Of a stretch of DNA of 64,000 nucleotides, positions 47,708 through 58,541 are shown piece after piece (within the stretch, counting starts at the first letter, position 1; every line of letters begins with the position of its first letter). The translations under genes and the position numbers were made by a program. The notes under the pieces were generated by a model. The model had not been told where the DNA came from, ran no database searches, and saw only the letters and a program-made list of their open reading frames with translations. This stretch comes from Candidatus Cloacimonadota bacterium (GTDB lineage: Bacteria; Cloacimonadota; Cloacimonadia; Cloacimonadales; TCS61): NCBI GenBank assembly GCA_030445745.1, contig JASUTE010000003.1, forward strand, positions 78,725 through 142,724. The letters are read 5' to 3'.

Positions 47708-49990
47708 TTATTTTTCCCGTTTTCTCTTTTTCTTTTTAGGAGCTTCTTTTATTATTTCAAAACATTCTTGCAAGCTTAATTTGGCCGGGTCTTTATCTTT
47801 AGGAATTTTGTAATTCTTCTTTTTGTAGGAAATATAAGGCCCATATCTACCGTTCATCACAACCAAATTGGGTTCATTAGAAAATTCTTGAATTACTTGT
47901 TTCTGCTTAGCTTTTAATTTATCGTCTATAAGTGCTTTTGCCTGCTCCAAATCTATTTCAGTAGGGTCTTCATCTTTTATAGAAACAAATAAATTCCCTT
48001 TTTTCACGTAAGGACCATATTTTCCTATCCCCACAGTTACTTCTTCGCCCTTGTATTCTCCCAGATGACGTGGGAATTGAAACTGTTTCAAAGCTTCTTT
48101 CAGAGTTATGGAATGCAGTGATTGCCCCTTGTTTAAGCTGGCAAAGCGCGGTGGCTTTTCTTCCTCAGCATCACCTAACTGCAGCATCGGTCCGTAGCGG
48201 CCAATTTTAGCATAAATATTTCTGCCTGTTTTAGGATCTTGTCCCAAGAGTCGTTCTCCAGTAAACTTTTTAGTAGAATTATCTGTCTTTTGAACCTGCT
48301 CAATGAAAGGCTGGTAAAACTCTTTGATCATCTGGTGCCATTCCATTTTACCTTTGGCAATTTCATCGAACTCTTTTTCTATTTCAGCTGTAAAATTATA
48401 ATCAACATATTTTTCAAAATATTTAGTTAGAAAATCGTTAACCACAATGCCAATATCGGTGGGATATAGTTTCCCTTTCTCTTTGCCATACAGCTCTTTT
48501 ACTGTATTTTCAGAAATATCATTATCGCGCAGCAGAAAAACTTTCACCAATCTTTGCTTACCTTCGATATTACCTTTTTCTATGTATCCTCGCTTTTGAA
48601 TGGTGGAAATAGTAGGAGCATAGGTAGAAGGTCGGCCAATCCCCAGTTCTTCCATTTTTTTTACCAAACTGGCTTCCGAATAACGCAAAGGAGCTTTAGT
48701 AAATTTTTCCTTCGCTGTCATTTGTTGCAGATCTAAGTTTTCTCCCACCTCTACTTTAGGCAAAATTGTATCTACAGCAGTTCGATCTAAAACTTTTAGA
48801 AATCCATCGAATTTAATTACCTCTCCTTTGGCTTTAAGCTGTTCTTCACGATTGGAAATACCAATCTTTACCGTGGTCTTCTCTAACTTTGCTGCTGCCA
48901 TTTGTGAGGCAATTGTACGTTTCCAAATAAGTTTGTATAAACTATTCTGCGCTGAAGTTCCCTCGATCTCGTTCCTGTTTAGATATGTTGGTCTAATAGC
49001 TTCGTGAGCTTCTTGAGCACCTTTAGCTTTGCTCTTAAATTGGCGGGTATGCACATATTTTTTCCCGAACTGCTTCTCGATTTCCTTCTTCGCCATTCCC
49101 AATGCTAATTTAGAAAGATTTACTGAATCTGTTCTCATATAGGTTATCAAACCAGATTCATATAACTGCTGCGCAATTATCATAGTTTTGGAAACGGAAA
49201 AACCTAGTTTATAGCTGGCTTCTTGCTGCAAAGTGGAAGTTGTATAAGGCGGTGGCGGATTTTTGCGTCCCGGTTTGGTTTCTATATCTACTATCGAAAA
49301 TTTCGCTTGCTGACAAGCTTGCAAAAATTTATTTGCATCATTGTATTTCGAAATATTTTTACTGAGTTCAGTCTGTAATTTTTCTTTTCCCTCAGTCAAA
49401 AAATCTGCAGTTATTTTATAAGAAGCGCGCGGTTTGAAATTTTTTATCTCATTTTCTCGCTCGACTATCAACCGAACTGCCACCGATTGCACACGACCAG
49501 CTGAAAGTGCTGGTTTTACTTTTTTCCAAAGCAGCGGCGAAAGTTTAAACCCTACCAAACGGTCTAAAACCCGGCGTGCCTGTTGGGCATCGACCAAATT
49601 TTTATCGATCCCGCGGGGATTTTCGATAGCTGCTTTAATAGCTGTTTTAGTGATCTCGTGAAACACGATGCGCTTAGTTTTCTCTTCATCCAACTTTAAT
49701 GATTTCACCAAATGCCAGGCAATTGCCTCTCCTTCGCGGTCTTCATCAGAAGCAAGCCAAACAGTAGTGGCCTTTTCTGCATCTTTTTTTAGTTTGGAAA
49801 CCACCTTTTTCTTCTCAGCTGGAATAATATATTTAGGTTGGAAATTTTTCTCTACAACTACTCCCAACTCTTTCTTGGGAAGATCGCGAATATGCCCCAT
49901 CGAAGCTTCAATTTTGTAATCTTTGCCCAGAAATTTGCTAATAGTTTTTGCTTTCGCTGGCGATTCCACAATTACCAATTCTTTACCCAT
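47708..49990 (-). CDS. topA: DNA topoisomerase I with Topo_C repeats
   Basis: IVESPAKAKTI, DEDREGE, SAGRVQS, ITYMRTDS and GRYGP repeats. Confidence 0.97.
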   Translation of the reverse strand: MGKELVIVESPAKAKTISKFLGKDYKIEASMGHIRDLPKKELGVVVEKNFQPKYIIPAEKKKVVSKLKKDAEKATTVWLASDEDREGEAIAWHLVKSLKLDEEKTKRIVFHEITKTAIKAAIENPRGIDKNLVDAQQARRVLDRLVGFKLSPLLWKKVKPALSAGRVQSVAVRLIVERENEIKNFKPRASYKITADFLTEGKEKLQTELSKNISKYNDANKFLQACQQAKFSIVDIETKPGRKNPPPPYTTSTLQQEASYKLGFSVSKTMIIAQQLYESGLITYMRTDSVNLSKLALGMAKKEIEKQFGKKYVHTRQFKSKAKGAQEAHEAIRPTYLNRNEIEGTSAQNSLYKLIWKRTIASQMAAAKLEKTTVKIGISNREEQLKAKGEVIKFDGFLKVLDRTAVDTILPKVEVGENLDLQQMTAKEKFTKAPLRYSEASLVKKMEELGIGRPSTYAPTISTIQKRGYIEKGNIEGKQRLVKVFLLRDNDISENTVKELYGKEKGKLYPTDIGIVVNDFLTKYFEKYVDYNFTAEIEKEFDEIAKGKMEWHQMIKEFYQPFIEQVQKTDNSTKKFTGERLLGQDPKTGRNIYAKIGRYGPMLQLGDAEEEKPPRFASLNKGQSLHSITLKEALKQFQFPRHLGEYKGEEVTVGIGKYGPYVKKGNLFVSIKDEDPTEIDLEQAKALIDDKLKAKQKQVIQEFSNEPNLVVMNGRYGPYISYKKKNYKIPKDKDPAKLSLQECFEIIKEAPKKKKRKREK

Positions 49991-49992
49991 AA

Positions 49993-50418
49993 TTAATTTA
50001 CCTCATTTCCAAAATCAAACTCATGATCCGACAATATTAGCAAATCAAGAATATCTTTAACTGAAACACTGCGCTGTCCGGAAAATATAATGAAATTCAA
50101 TATCTCATCCACCATCTGTCTGGTAACGCGTTGCTTCACAAAATTACCCACCTGCAAAGCTATAATTATTATTCGTTCCATAGTTTCATCATCTATCGAC
50201 CCCATCTGTAACAGGTCAATAAGATAGCCAAAAGCTTCCGGAGTAAGCACTTCTTTTTCTTCCGAAGACATTACCCGGTTGTACTTTGGTTGCTCAAATT
50301 CTATCATAGTCTTCATAAATTCTTTATATTCACTTTCGGAAATTCCCATTTTATCCAAAACCTTTTTATCAGGTTTTTTGTCCAGAATCATTTCCAAAAA
50401 AGATTTTTCTTTTATCAT
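49993..50418 (-). CDS. Smg/DUF494-like protein
   Basis: RV.S.EE...L..EA.GYL..L...G.I.....ERII pattern; typical position upstream of topA. Confidence 0.65.
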   Translation of the reverse strand: MIKEKSFLEMILDKKPDKKVLDKMGISESEYKEFMKTMIEFEQPKYNRVMSSEEKEVLTPEAFGYLIDLLQMGSIDDETMERIIIIALQVGNFVKQRVTRQMVDEILNFIIFSGQRSVSVKDILDLLILSDHEFDFGNEVN

Positions 50419-50426
50419 AAATACCT

Positions 50427-53400
50427 CTATCTATTTGTCTGTGGTCTACCGCAGCATTTTTTATATTTTTTCCCACTACCGCAAGGGCAAGGATCATTTC
50501 TTCCCACCTTATGTTCCACTGTGCGTGGTTTTCTAACAGGTTTTTGCTGTTTTTCCTGTTGCTTTGGTTGAGAAGCTCCACCGCTAGCCGCTTTGGCAAA
50601 TGCCGAAACCTCGGAATGATTTAAATTGGCATGGCGCAAATATTCTTGAATATTATCTGGTGTAATAATATAAGCTGTAAATACCTTTTTAGTAACTTCT
50701 TTATTTATTTTTGCTACCAATTCCTGGAAAAGGTTGAAAGACTCTTTTTTGTACTCTATTAGCGGGTCTTTTTGACCGTACGCACGCAGTCCTATTCCTT
50801 CTTTCATCAAATCCATCTCACGCAGATGTTCACGCCAGTTTTCATCGACCACCGAAAGCAAAGCCCGTCTTTCCAATTCGCGCATCTGCTCGGAACCCAT
50901 CTCGTTTTCCCGCTGCTGATAGGCAGCTAAAACTTTCTCTTCCACTACATCTTGTAAGGCGGCCAGATCTTTGCGTCCTGTTTCCAGTTCGGAAGGTTCA
51001 AGCTGTACGTTTAAATTATTCTTTAGCCAACTGCAAATATGCTCCAAATTCCAATCTTCTTCATAAACCAAATTACCGTAGATATCCTCAATAGTCATCG
51101 CCAAGGTATCTTTAACCATATCTAGGATTTCCAGATTCAGGTTATACCCCTTCAGCACATTCCTTCTGTATTGATAGATAACCTCACGCTGTTGGTTCAT
51201 TACTTCGTCATATTTAATTAGTTGTTTCCTAATTTCAAAGTTATAATTTTCCACTCGCTTTTGAGCTCTGCTAACTGCTTTTGTCATCCAGGGATGGGTA
51301 ATAGCTTCACCCTGCTGTAAGCCCATTTTCATCATCATTGGAGCAATTCTTTCAGAACCGAACAAACGCATCAGGTCATCTTCCAAAGAAAGATAGAACC
51401 GTGAACTTCCCGGATCACCCTGGCGTCCACTACGTCCGCGTAGCTGTCTGTCTATACGTCTACTTTCGTGTCTTTCGGTACCTACTACATGCAATCCATC
51501 TAAAGGAAGACCAAAAGGATATTCTTCCGTAGGTTTGGCATCTATATCCCGATATTCCTCTTTAGGCTTAGTTACCACACCTTTACCCAGTTTTATGTCA
51601 GTACCGCGACCAGCCATGTTGGTAGCAATGGTAACAGCTCCTGGTTGACCAGCATTTTTCACAATCTCAGCTTCCTGCTCATGATGTTTGGCATTCAAAA
51701 TATTATGTTTTATCCCGCGCCGGCGTAATAGCCTGCCTAAAGTTTCGGAAACTTCCACAGAAATAGTACCAACTAAAACTGGTTTTTGTAGTTTATGCCA
51801 ATATTCTATTTCATCTATAATCGCTTTATATTTTTTATTCTTAGAAATGTAGATCATGTCGTTGTGATCCTGACGAGTTATGGGTTCATTGGTAGGAATA
51901 ACCACCGTTGGCAGCTTATAGATCTCTAAAAACTCGCTTTCTTCGGTAACAGCTGTACCAGTCATACCTGCCAGTTTATCGTACATTCTAAAATAATTTT
52001 GCAAAGTAATTGTAGCAAAAGTTTGAGAAGCTTCTTCTATTTTCACACTCTCTTTTGCTTCTAAAGCTTGGTGTAAACCATCACTAAATCTACGGCCAGG
52101 CATCATACGACCGGTAAATTTATCCACTATAATCACTTTATTATCGGTAACCACATAATCAACATCTTTCTGAAACAGCATATAACTCTTTAAAAGCTGC
52201 TTGATATTGTGCAATTTCTCATTTTTATCTAAGAATTTTTGAGTAATCTCATCTTTCACTTTTTGTTTTTTATCATAAGGCAATCCTTCGTCTTTGTCTA
52301 TTTTTTCCAAAGCTTCATCAAGGCTCTCCATTACGAATAGATCTGGTTCCTTTTGGGAAACCATGTTATTTCCCTTTTCGGAAAGTTCTACACTATTGTT
52401 GCGCTCATCTACGGAAAAAAATAGTTCTTCGTCGATTGTATACATCTTTTTATCGCGCATTATAGTGCCTTCGTAGTCGGTAACTAGTTTTTTTAGTTCA
52501 CCCTCTTTCATCAATTTAAGAAATTGCTTATTACGTGGAGCAGCCCGTTTCACTAACAGCAACAAACGTCCTAGTTCCTCAAAATCGGCTTCTTCACTAT
52601 TCACCAAAGTTTTAATTTGGGCTAAATATCGCTTCACTAACTGATTTTGGGCAAAAACCAATTTACTAATAACCGGTTTTAATTCCTTGTAGAAATTCTT
52701 GCTCTCTGCTACTGGTCCGCTTATAATTAAAGGTGTTCTAGCTTCATCTATCAGTACACTATCCACCTCATCCACAATTGCATACTGCAGATCTCGCTGG
52801 ACCAAATCATCTATGGAAGAAGCCATGTTATCGCGCAGGTAATCGAACCCAAATTCACTGTTAGTTCCATAAGTTACATCTAGCTCATAAGCAGCTCTCT
52901 TAGCTTTATTATCCATGCCACCGATATTGCAACCTACAGTTAAACCATGGAATTCAAATATGGGGGCCATCCATTCGGAATCTCGCTGAGCCAAATAATC
53001 ATTAACTGTTATCAGGTGAACGCCTTTTCCTAATAAAGCATTTAGGAAAAGCGGTAGTGTTGCTACCAGAGTTTTTCCCTCACCTGTTGCCATCTCGGCT
53101 ATTTTCCCTTCGTGTAAAACTATTGCCCCCATCAGTTGAACATCAAAAGGGACCATATTCCAAGTTTCAGGGTTACCACGCACTTCGTATTCATAACCCA
53201 AAAGGCGACGACAGGTATCTTTCACAATTGCATACACTTCTGGTAAATAACCATCTAAAATATCTTGTTTCAGCTGTTTTAAATTTTCAGCTTTTTTATC
53301 TATTATATTACCAATATTATTTTTCTTGTTTTCATCTGCTTCCTGGCGATATTCTTCGCGCAGTTCTTCCAATTCATCTTCAATGGGTTGCAACTGAGAT

Positions 53401-53564
53401 CTGATATCTTTTTTTATAACTTTTACCCTATCTCGTAGTTCATTATCACTCAAATTTTCCATTTCAGAAAATCTGGAGTTGATATCATCCAAAATAGGCT
53501 GCAAGCGCTTCATTTCACGCTGATGCCGATCTCCAAATAAATTATTTAATAGTTTTTGTAACAT
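50427..53564 (-). CDS. secA: Preprotein translocase ATPase SecA
   Basis: EMATGEGKT, DEVDS, ATNMAGRGTDI, RRIDRQLRGRSGRQGDPG and SEC-C GRNDPCPCGSGKKYKKCC motifs. Confidence 0.98.
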   Translation of the reverse strand: MLQKLLNNLFGDRHQREMKRLQPILDDINSRFSEMENLSDNELRDRVKVIKKDIRSQLQPIEDELEELREEYRQEADENKKNNIGNIIDKKAENLKQLKQDILDGYLPEVYAIVKDTCRRLLGYEYEVRGNPETWNMVPFDVQLMGAIVLHEGKIAEMATGEGKTLVATLPLFLNALLGKGVHLITVNDYLAQRDSEWMAPIFEFHGLTVGCNIGGMDNKAKRAAYELDVTYGTNSEFGFDYLRDNMASSIDDLVQRDLQYAIVDEVDSVLIDEARTPLIISGPVAESKNFYKELKPVISKLVFAQNQLVKRYLAQIKTLVNSEEADFEELGRLLLLVKRAAPRNKQFLKLMKEGELKKLVTDYEGTIMRDKKMYTIDEELFFSVDERNNSVELSEKGNNMVSQKEPDLFVMESLDEALEKIDKDEGLPYDKKQKVKDEITQKFLDKNEKLHNIKQLLKSYMLFQKDVDYVVTDNKVIIVDKFTGRMMPGRRFSDGLHQALEAKESVKIEEASQTFATITLQNYFRMYDKLAGMTGTAVTEESEFLEIYKLPTVVIPTNEPITRQDHNDMIYISKNKKYKAIIDEIEYWHKLQKPVLVGTISVEVSETLGRLLRRRGIKHNILNAKHHEQEAEIVKNAGQPGAVTIATNMAGRGTDIKLGKGVVTKPKEEYRDIDAKPTEEYPFGLPLDGLHVVGTERHESRRIDRQLRGRSGRQGDPGSSRFYLSLEDDLMRLFGSERIAPMMMKMGLQQGEAITHPWMTKAVSRAQKRVENYNFEIRKQLIKYDEVMNQQREVIYQYRRNVLKGYNLNLEILDMVKDTLAMTIEDIYGNLVYEEDWNLEHICSWLKNNLNVQLEPSELETGRKDLAALQDVVEEKVLAAYQQRENEMGSEQMRELERRALLSVVDENWREHLREMDLMKEGIGLRAYGQKDPLIEYKKESFNLFQELVAKINKEVTKKVFTAYIITPDNIQEYLRHANLNHSEVSAFAKAASGGASQPKQQEKQQKPVRKPRTVEHKVGRNDPCPCGSGKKYKKCCGRPQTNR

Positions 53565-53703
53565 AAATTCTCCCGCTGAATTTTAGAAGTTTTGCTAAAA
53601 TTTTGGTCAATCCTTTCTTAACAACTTAGCTTGTCAAACTTTTAGTTTTACACTTGACTTTCTAATTAATAATAAACTTTTTGATAGCAAATGCAAATAG
53701 AAT

Positions 53704-55602
53704 ATGGAGTTTTTGATGAGTATGAGAAAATTAGAACAAAACGACTTAAATGAAATACATGCTTTAAGTCAAAAAGCACGTGCAGCAATTTTGAAAATGA
53801 CCACTTTAGCAGCATCTGGTCACCCAGGTGGTTCCATGTCCACCATCGATTATTTACTAACAGTGTTACACATGGCCAATATCGACCCAAGCCAACCACG
53901 CAAGGAAGATAGAGATCTGATACTTTTCAGTCATGGACATGTTTCCCCAGCTGCCTATGCTGCTTTGGGAATTATGGGTTATTTCGATTTGGATAAAGCA
54001 ATTGCGCAATTTCGCATGACTGGATCTATTTTTGAAGGACATGTGGAACCTGGTGTTCCAGGTATCGAATGGGCTAGTGGTAATTTGGGGCAAGGCCTTT
54101 CTGCTGCTTGCGGGTTTGCCTTAGCCAGCCGCATTCAGAAAATCGAGCGTAACATTTTTGTTCTTATGGGCGATGGCGAACAGCAAAAAGGCCAACTAAG
54201 CGAAGCCCGCCGATTTGCTGTAAAATACAATTTGAACAACATAATAGGTTTCATAGATTACAACAAACTGCAAATTAGTGGCAACATAGAGCGAATAATG
54301 CCTCAAAATATCAAAGCCGAATATGAAGCTGATGATTGGTATGTGCTAGAAATAGATGGTCATGATCTGCAACAAATTCATAAAGCCATATTGGAAGCTG
54401 ACGCAGCTGCAAGGCCTACTGTTATTTTAGCTAGAACCAAAATGGGCAAAGGTGTCTCTTTTATGGAAAACAAAGCTCAATATCATGGTGCAGCCTTAAC
54501 CGAAGAGCAACTAACCCAAGCTTTGCATGAGCTGGGATTCGAAAATGATTTGAATAAATACAAACAGCTGCGTACCATAGCTGAACTGGAAAAACCGAGC
54601 ACTTATCCGCAGCCAAAGTTCAATTTTGATACTGGAAAACCCTTCCAATATGATGAAAAAATAGATAACCGCTCTGCCTGGGGCAATGCCATAGCCGATA
54701 TCGCCAAGCTCAACCCCAATTCCAACCTGGCTGTACTCGATAACGACTTGCAGGGAAGTTTGAAAACAAAAAAATTTGAAGCAGAAATGCCTCAGAACTT
54801 TTTTGAATGTGGAATTATGGAACATCACACTGCTACCATGGCCGGAGCTATGAGCAAAGCAGGTATTCAAACATTTTTTCCCGGTTTTGGTGTATTTGCT
54901 ATCGACGAAACCTACAACATGCACCGCCTGAATGATATTAATCATACAAATTTAAAAATCGTAACTACTCATGTAGGCTTAGATGTAGGTGAAGACGGCA
55001 AAACTCACCAATGCATTGATTATTTAGGAGTGATGAAAAATCTTTTCCACTTTCATATTATCATACCAGCTGATGCTAACCAAACCGACCATATCGTGCG
55101 CTATGTAGCCAACCAAAAGGGAAATTATCTGATATCCATGGGACGCTCCAAATATCCTCAGATAAAAAATGCTGCAGGTGAAATTTACTACAACCAAGAT
55201 TATAAATTTGAATATGGCAAAGCTGACCAGCTGCGAGAAGGTCAACAAGCTGCTATTTTAGTTATGGGAACCATGACAACTCGTGCCCTGCAAGTAGCAG
55301 ATAAACTTAGAGAAGATGGCATAGAACTGCAAGTATGGCACATCTCAGCTCCAATTCATTTGGACGAAGCAGCCCTAAAAACAGCAGCAGCTACCGGCAC
55401 TATTTTCACTTACGAAGACCATAATGTGAATACTGGCTTGGGAAATTGTGTAGCAGACAAATTGGTACAGATGAACCTGCAGTGTAAATTATTTAAATTT
55501 GGCGTAGAAGATTACTCATTTTCAGGAAAATCAGCAGAAGTTTTTCAAAAATGTGGGTTAGACACAGATTCCGTCTACCAAAAAATTAAAGAATTGATGT
55601 AA
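53704..55602 (+). CDS. tkt: Transketolase (single chain)
   Basis: SGHPGGS, GNLGQG, GDGE..G TPP motif, EDGKTHQ and YEDH; start may be ATG 53716. Confidence 0.9.
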   Translation: MEFLMSMRKLEQNDLNEIHALSQKARAAILKMTTLAASGHPGGSMSTIDYLLTVLHMANIDPSQPRKEDRDLILFSHGHVSPAAYAALGIMGYFDLDKAIAQFRMTGSIFEGHVEPGVPGIEWASGNLGQGLSAACGFALASRIQKIERNIFVLMGDGEQQKGQLSEARRFAVKYNLNNIIGFIDYNKLQISGNIERIMPQNIKAEYEADDWYVLEIDGHDLQQIHKAILEADAAARPTVILARTKMGKGVSFMENKAQYHGAALTEEQLTQALHELGFENDLNKYKQLRTIAELEKPSTYPQPKFNFDTGKPFQYDEKIDNRSAWGNAIADIAKLNPNSNLAVLDNDLQGSLKTKKFEAEMPQNFFECGIMEHHTATMAGAMSKAGIQTFFPGFGVFAIDETYNMHRLNDINHTNLKIVTTHVGLDVGEDGKTHQCIDYLGVMKNLFHFHIIIPADANQTDHIVRYVANQKGNYLISMGRSKYPQIKNAAGEIYYNQDYKFEYGKADQLREGQQAAILVMGTMTTRALQVADKLREDGIELQVWHISAPIHLDEAALKTAAATGTIFTYEDHNVNTGLGNCVADKLVQMNLQCKLFKFGVEDYSFSGKSAEVFQKCGLDTDSVYQKIKELM

Positions 55603-55621
55603 CAACAAACAGCAGATAAAT

Positions 55622-55654
55622 AAAAAAGCCACTTTGCAAAAAGTGGCTTTTTTT
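55622..55654. terminator. Bidirectional intrinsic terminator
   Basis: AAAAAAGCCACTTT-GCAA-AAAGTGGCTTTTTTT between convergent genes. Confidence 0.9.
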
Positions 55655-55666
55655 AATCTTTTTATT

Positions 55667-56998
55667 TTATCCGCTAATAGCCAATTTTTTCACCAGCGCA
55701 GAAGCTGAGCCCACCGAACTGGTATTGAATTGGAAATTATCTGCTATCGCTTCTATGTCACTAAGCATTTGCAGGAAATTCCCAGAAACGGTAAATTGCT
55801 TCAGAGAAGTTTTCAGTTTACCGTTTTCATACAAAAAGCCTTCTGCTGACAGGGAAAAATCTCCAGAAACTGGATTAGCACCTGAATGTAAACCTTGTAG
55901 TGAAACAATTTTGATAACTTTATCGTGTTTGGCTAACAACTCTTTTTCCTTCATTTTCCCAGCTTCCAAATAGAAATTGGTAGGAGCAACAGTAAGTGAG
56001 CTTTTTATACCTCTGGCAGCATTACCAGTAGATTTTACACCATCTTTCTTAGCAGTAATTGTGTTGTGGAAATATGTTTTTAAAATCCCTTTATCTACCA
56101 ATTTTGTAGTTTGGGCAGGATAACCTTCACTATCGAAAGCTGTTGTGGCAAAACCACCCGGATAAAGCCCATCATCAATTATATTCACATTTTCGGCAGC
56201 GATTTTTTTATCCAATTTCCCTTTCAATAAAGAACGACCTTCGTGCACAGCTTTGGCACTAAAAACACCAGAAAATGTTTCCAATAAACTGCACATCATA
56301 TCGTTGCTAAATAACACAGCATACTCTCCACTTTTAGCCTCTACTCCGCCCAAAAGGTCAGTAGCTTTTTTCACTGCTGTTTGTCCTAATTTTTGAGCAT
56401 CGAATTGGCTAAAATCACGCCCTATGTGGTAGTCCATTCCCATGCGCTTATCATCATTAGCACTTACCAAAGCTGAAACAAAGCAGTAGGCTTGATTTTG
56501 CATATCTTCCTTGTTTAATCCCTTGCTATTGGCAATTTTAACAAAACTTTTGACACTTCCCATAACAGCATTGGGTACATTCATTATACGTTCATCAGCT
56601 TTTAGGGCATATTTTTCCATATCTTTAGCAAATTGCACTTTATCTTCCACAGAAACCTGCTCCAGTTTTTCCGAATAAACATCCGGCTTATTTTCCACTT
56701 CAGGATAATTTGCCATTTCTACATCTTCCACATCTTCCGATGCTTCAGCATTTTCTACAGCTTCATCAACCATGTTTTTAAGTGCTTGTGCTTCAATTTT
56801 TTCGCTGTAGGAATAACCTTGCTTGCCATCTTTTAGCACTCGTACACCAATTCCAGCAGAATTGGCATGATTGAAACCCTCGATTTCTTGCTGATTTATG
56901 CTAACTGTAAAAGCATTTCCTCCGGAATATAAAATCTCTATATCGTCTACTTTATCTTTGGCATAATCGAAAATTAATTTGAATTCTTGTTCGTACAT
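55667..56998 (-). CDS. pmbA: PmbA/TldE protein
   Basis: FDSEG, STGNAAR, NPVSGDFSL and VSGNF motifs; lacks HE.xH; follows tldD. Confidence 0.9.
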   Translation of the reverse strand: MYEQEFKLIFDYAKDKVDDIEILYSGGNAFTVSINQQEIEGFNHANSAGIGVRVLKDGKQGYSYSEKIEAQALKNMVDEAVENAEASEDVEDVEMANYPEVENKPDVYSEKLEQVSVEDKVQFAKDMEKYALKADERIMNVPNAVMGSVKSFVKIANSKGLNKEDMQNQAYCFVSALVSANDDKRMGMDYHIGRDFSQFDAQKLGQTAVKKATDLLGGVEAKSGEYAVLFSNDMMCSLLETFSGVFSAKAVHEGRSLLKGKLDKKIAAENVNIIDDGLYPGGFATTAFDSEGYPAQTTKLVDKGILKTYFHNTITAKKDGVKSTGNAARGIKSSLTVAPTNFYLEAGKMKEKELLAKHDKVIKIVSLQGLHSGANPVSGDFSLSAEGFLYENGKLKTSLKQFTVSGNFLQMLSDIEAIADNFQFNTSSVGSASALVKKLAISG

Positions 56999-57006
56999 CT
57001 TACCTC

Positions 57007-58389
57007 CTATTTCCTACCACCAACTACAATTTCATCGATAAGAATGGCAGCTTGGCCAACATTTGTAGGAACACTACCACTAACAGAACCGCACATACCT
57101 TGAGCCATTGCCAGGTTATCGGCTACTTTACTAATTTTTAAAAGTGCCTCAGCTCCATTACCTATTAGAGTAGCACCGCGAACAGGTTCAGCTATCTTTC
57201 CATTACGAATAAGATAACCTTCACTAACAGCGAAGTTGAAATTTCCCGTTCCTGGCATTACTGAACCTCCGCCCATTTTGGCAGCATAAATCCCATAATC
57301 TACATCAGCAATTAGATCTTTCAGTTTATGTTTTCCAGGTGCTATATAGGTATTTCTCATTCTAGAAGCAGGAGCAAAGCGATAAGATTGCCTTCTGCCA
57401 CTGCCTGTTCTTTTGTAACCGGTTTTCAAGGAGCCCATCTTGTCCACAATATAAGATTTCAAAATCCCATTTTCTATTAAAACTGTTTTCTGGGTTGGCA
57501 TACCTTCATCGTCAATGTTTTCGCTACCCCACTGGTTGGGAATAGTACCATCATCAATAGCCGTAACAACTGAATTAGCTATTTTTTCCCCCATCTTACC
57601 AGCAAACACAGAAGCATTTTTGGCAACAGAAGTAGTTTCTAAAGCATGACCGCAAGCTTCGTGAAAAATAACGCCACCAAAGCCATTATCGATTACTACT
57701 GGGAATTTACCACTAGGTGCGTAATCGGCATTAAGCATAGTTACAGCTATTTTTGCTGTTTTACTGCCAAGTTCTTCTGGATCTATATTTTGAAAGAATT
57801 CGTAACCAGCAAAACCTCCAGGCCCTTCAGTTCCAGTTTGAATCTCTTTACCATTGGAAGCTAAAGAGCTGGCATAAACTCTAGAATAATTACGGCTGTC
57901 TTCTGCCCATAAACCTTCACTATTAACAATTAGAACATCCTGCATCTTTTCGGTAAGACTAATATGCACCTGTACTATTTGGTCATTGTAATCTCGGGCA
58001 GCTTTATTAATTCTTTTGATAAAGTCGATCTTATCGGATTTAGCAACTGTATTATTGGGAATTTTTATTTCATGCTTGTTTTCAAATTCCAGTTTAGTGA
58101 AATCTTGTACTTTTACCTTACTTTTGCCTTTAGCTGCTTTGCTAACGGCAGCAGCAACTTTAAGGAGTGTAGCTTCACTAACATCGTTGGTAAAACCATA
58201 AATAGCTGTGTGACCATAAAAAACGCGGATTCCAGCGCCAAAATCGTTCCCAGCTAAACACTGTTTTGTTTTATTATCGTTAAAAGATATAAGAGAGTTA
58301 TAAGTATTTTCAACGAAAATTTCAGCAAACTCAGCTCCGTTGGAAAGCGCTTTATCCAAAACTCTTTCAGCAACTTGTTTAGTTATCAT
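57007..58389 (-). CDS. tldD: TldD metalloprotease
   Basis: HEACGHALE, DDEG, GSGRRQSY, RMRNT and terminal GMCG motifs. Confidence 0.93.
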   Translation of the reverse strand: MITKQVAERVLDKALSNGAEFAEIFVENTYNSLISFNDNKTKQCLAGNDFGAGIRVFYGHTAIYGFTNDVSEATLLKVAAAVSKAAKGKSKVKVQDFTKLEFENKHEIKIPNNTVAKSDKIDFIKRINKAARDYNDQIVQVHISLTEKMQDVLIVNSEGLWAEDSRNYSRVYASSLASNGKEIQTGTEGPGGFAGYEFFQNIDPEELGSKTAKIAVTMLNADYAPSGKFPVVIDNGFGGVIFHEACGHALETTSVAKNASVFAGKMGEKIANSVVTAIDDGTIPNQWGSENIDDEGMPTQKTVLIENGILKSYIVDKMGSLKTGYKRTGSGRRQSYRFAPASRMRNTYIAPGKHKLKDLIADVDYGIYAAKMGGGSVMPGTGNFNFAVSEGYLIRNGKIAEPVRGATLIGNGAEALLKISKVADNLAMAQGMCGSVSGSVPTNVGQAAILIDEIVVGGRK

Positions 58390-58541
58390 TTATCCTCCTG
58401 CAAAATTTTCTTTTATGTTTTTTATTACGAAACTGTTTTTCTGTCAAGCAGATTATAGTAAGGCAAGTCTATTTCACTACCTTATTTCGTTTGACAAAAT
58501 CAACATTGAATAGAGATTGGCAAAAAATAGGAAATAAGGAT

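Noticed and set aside
50427-53564. Unusually long SecA with insertions
   Set aside because: Long SecA proteins with such inserts are typical of FCB-group bacteria
55667-58389. TldD/PmbA as a RiPP maturation locus
   Set aside because: No precursor peptide, YcaO or radical SAM gene nearby; a stand-alone tldD-pmbA pair is common
7271-58541. N-terminal extensions in ORF track calls (starts at 7271, 21088, 34233, 58491)
   Set aside because: Downstream ATGs have clear RBSs and match family N-termini; two of the TTG starts coincide with TTGACA promoter-like hexamers
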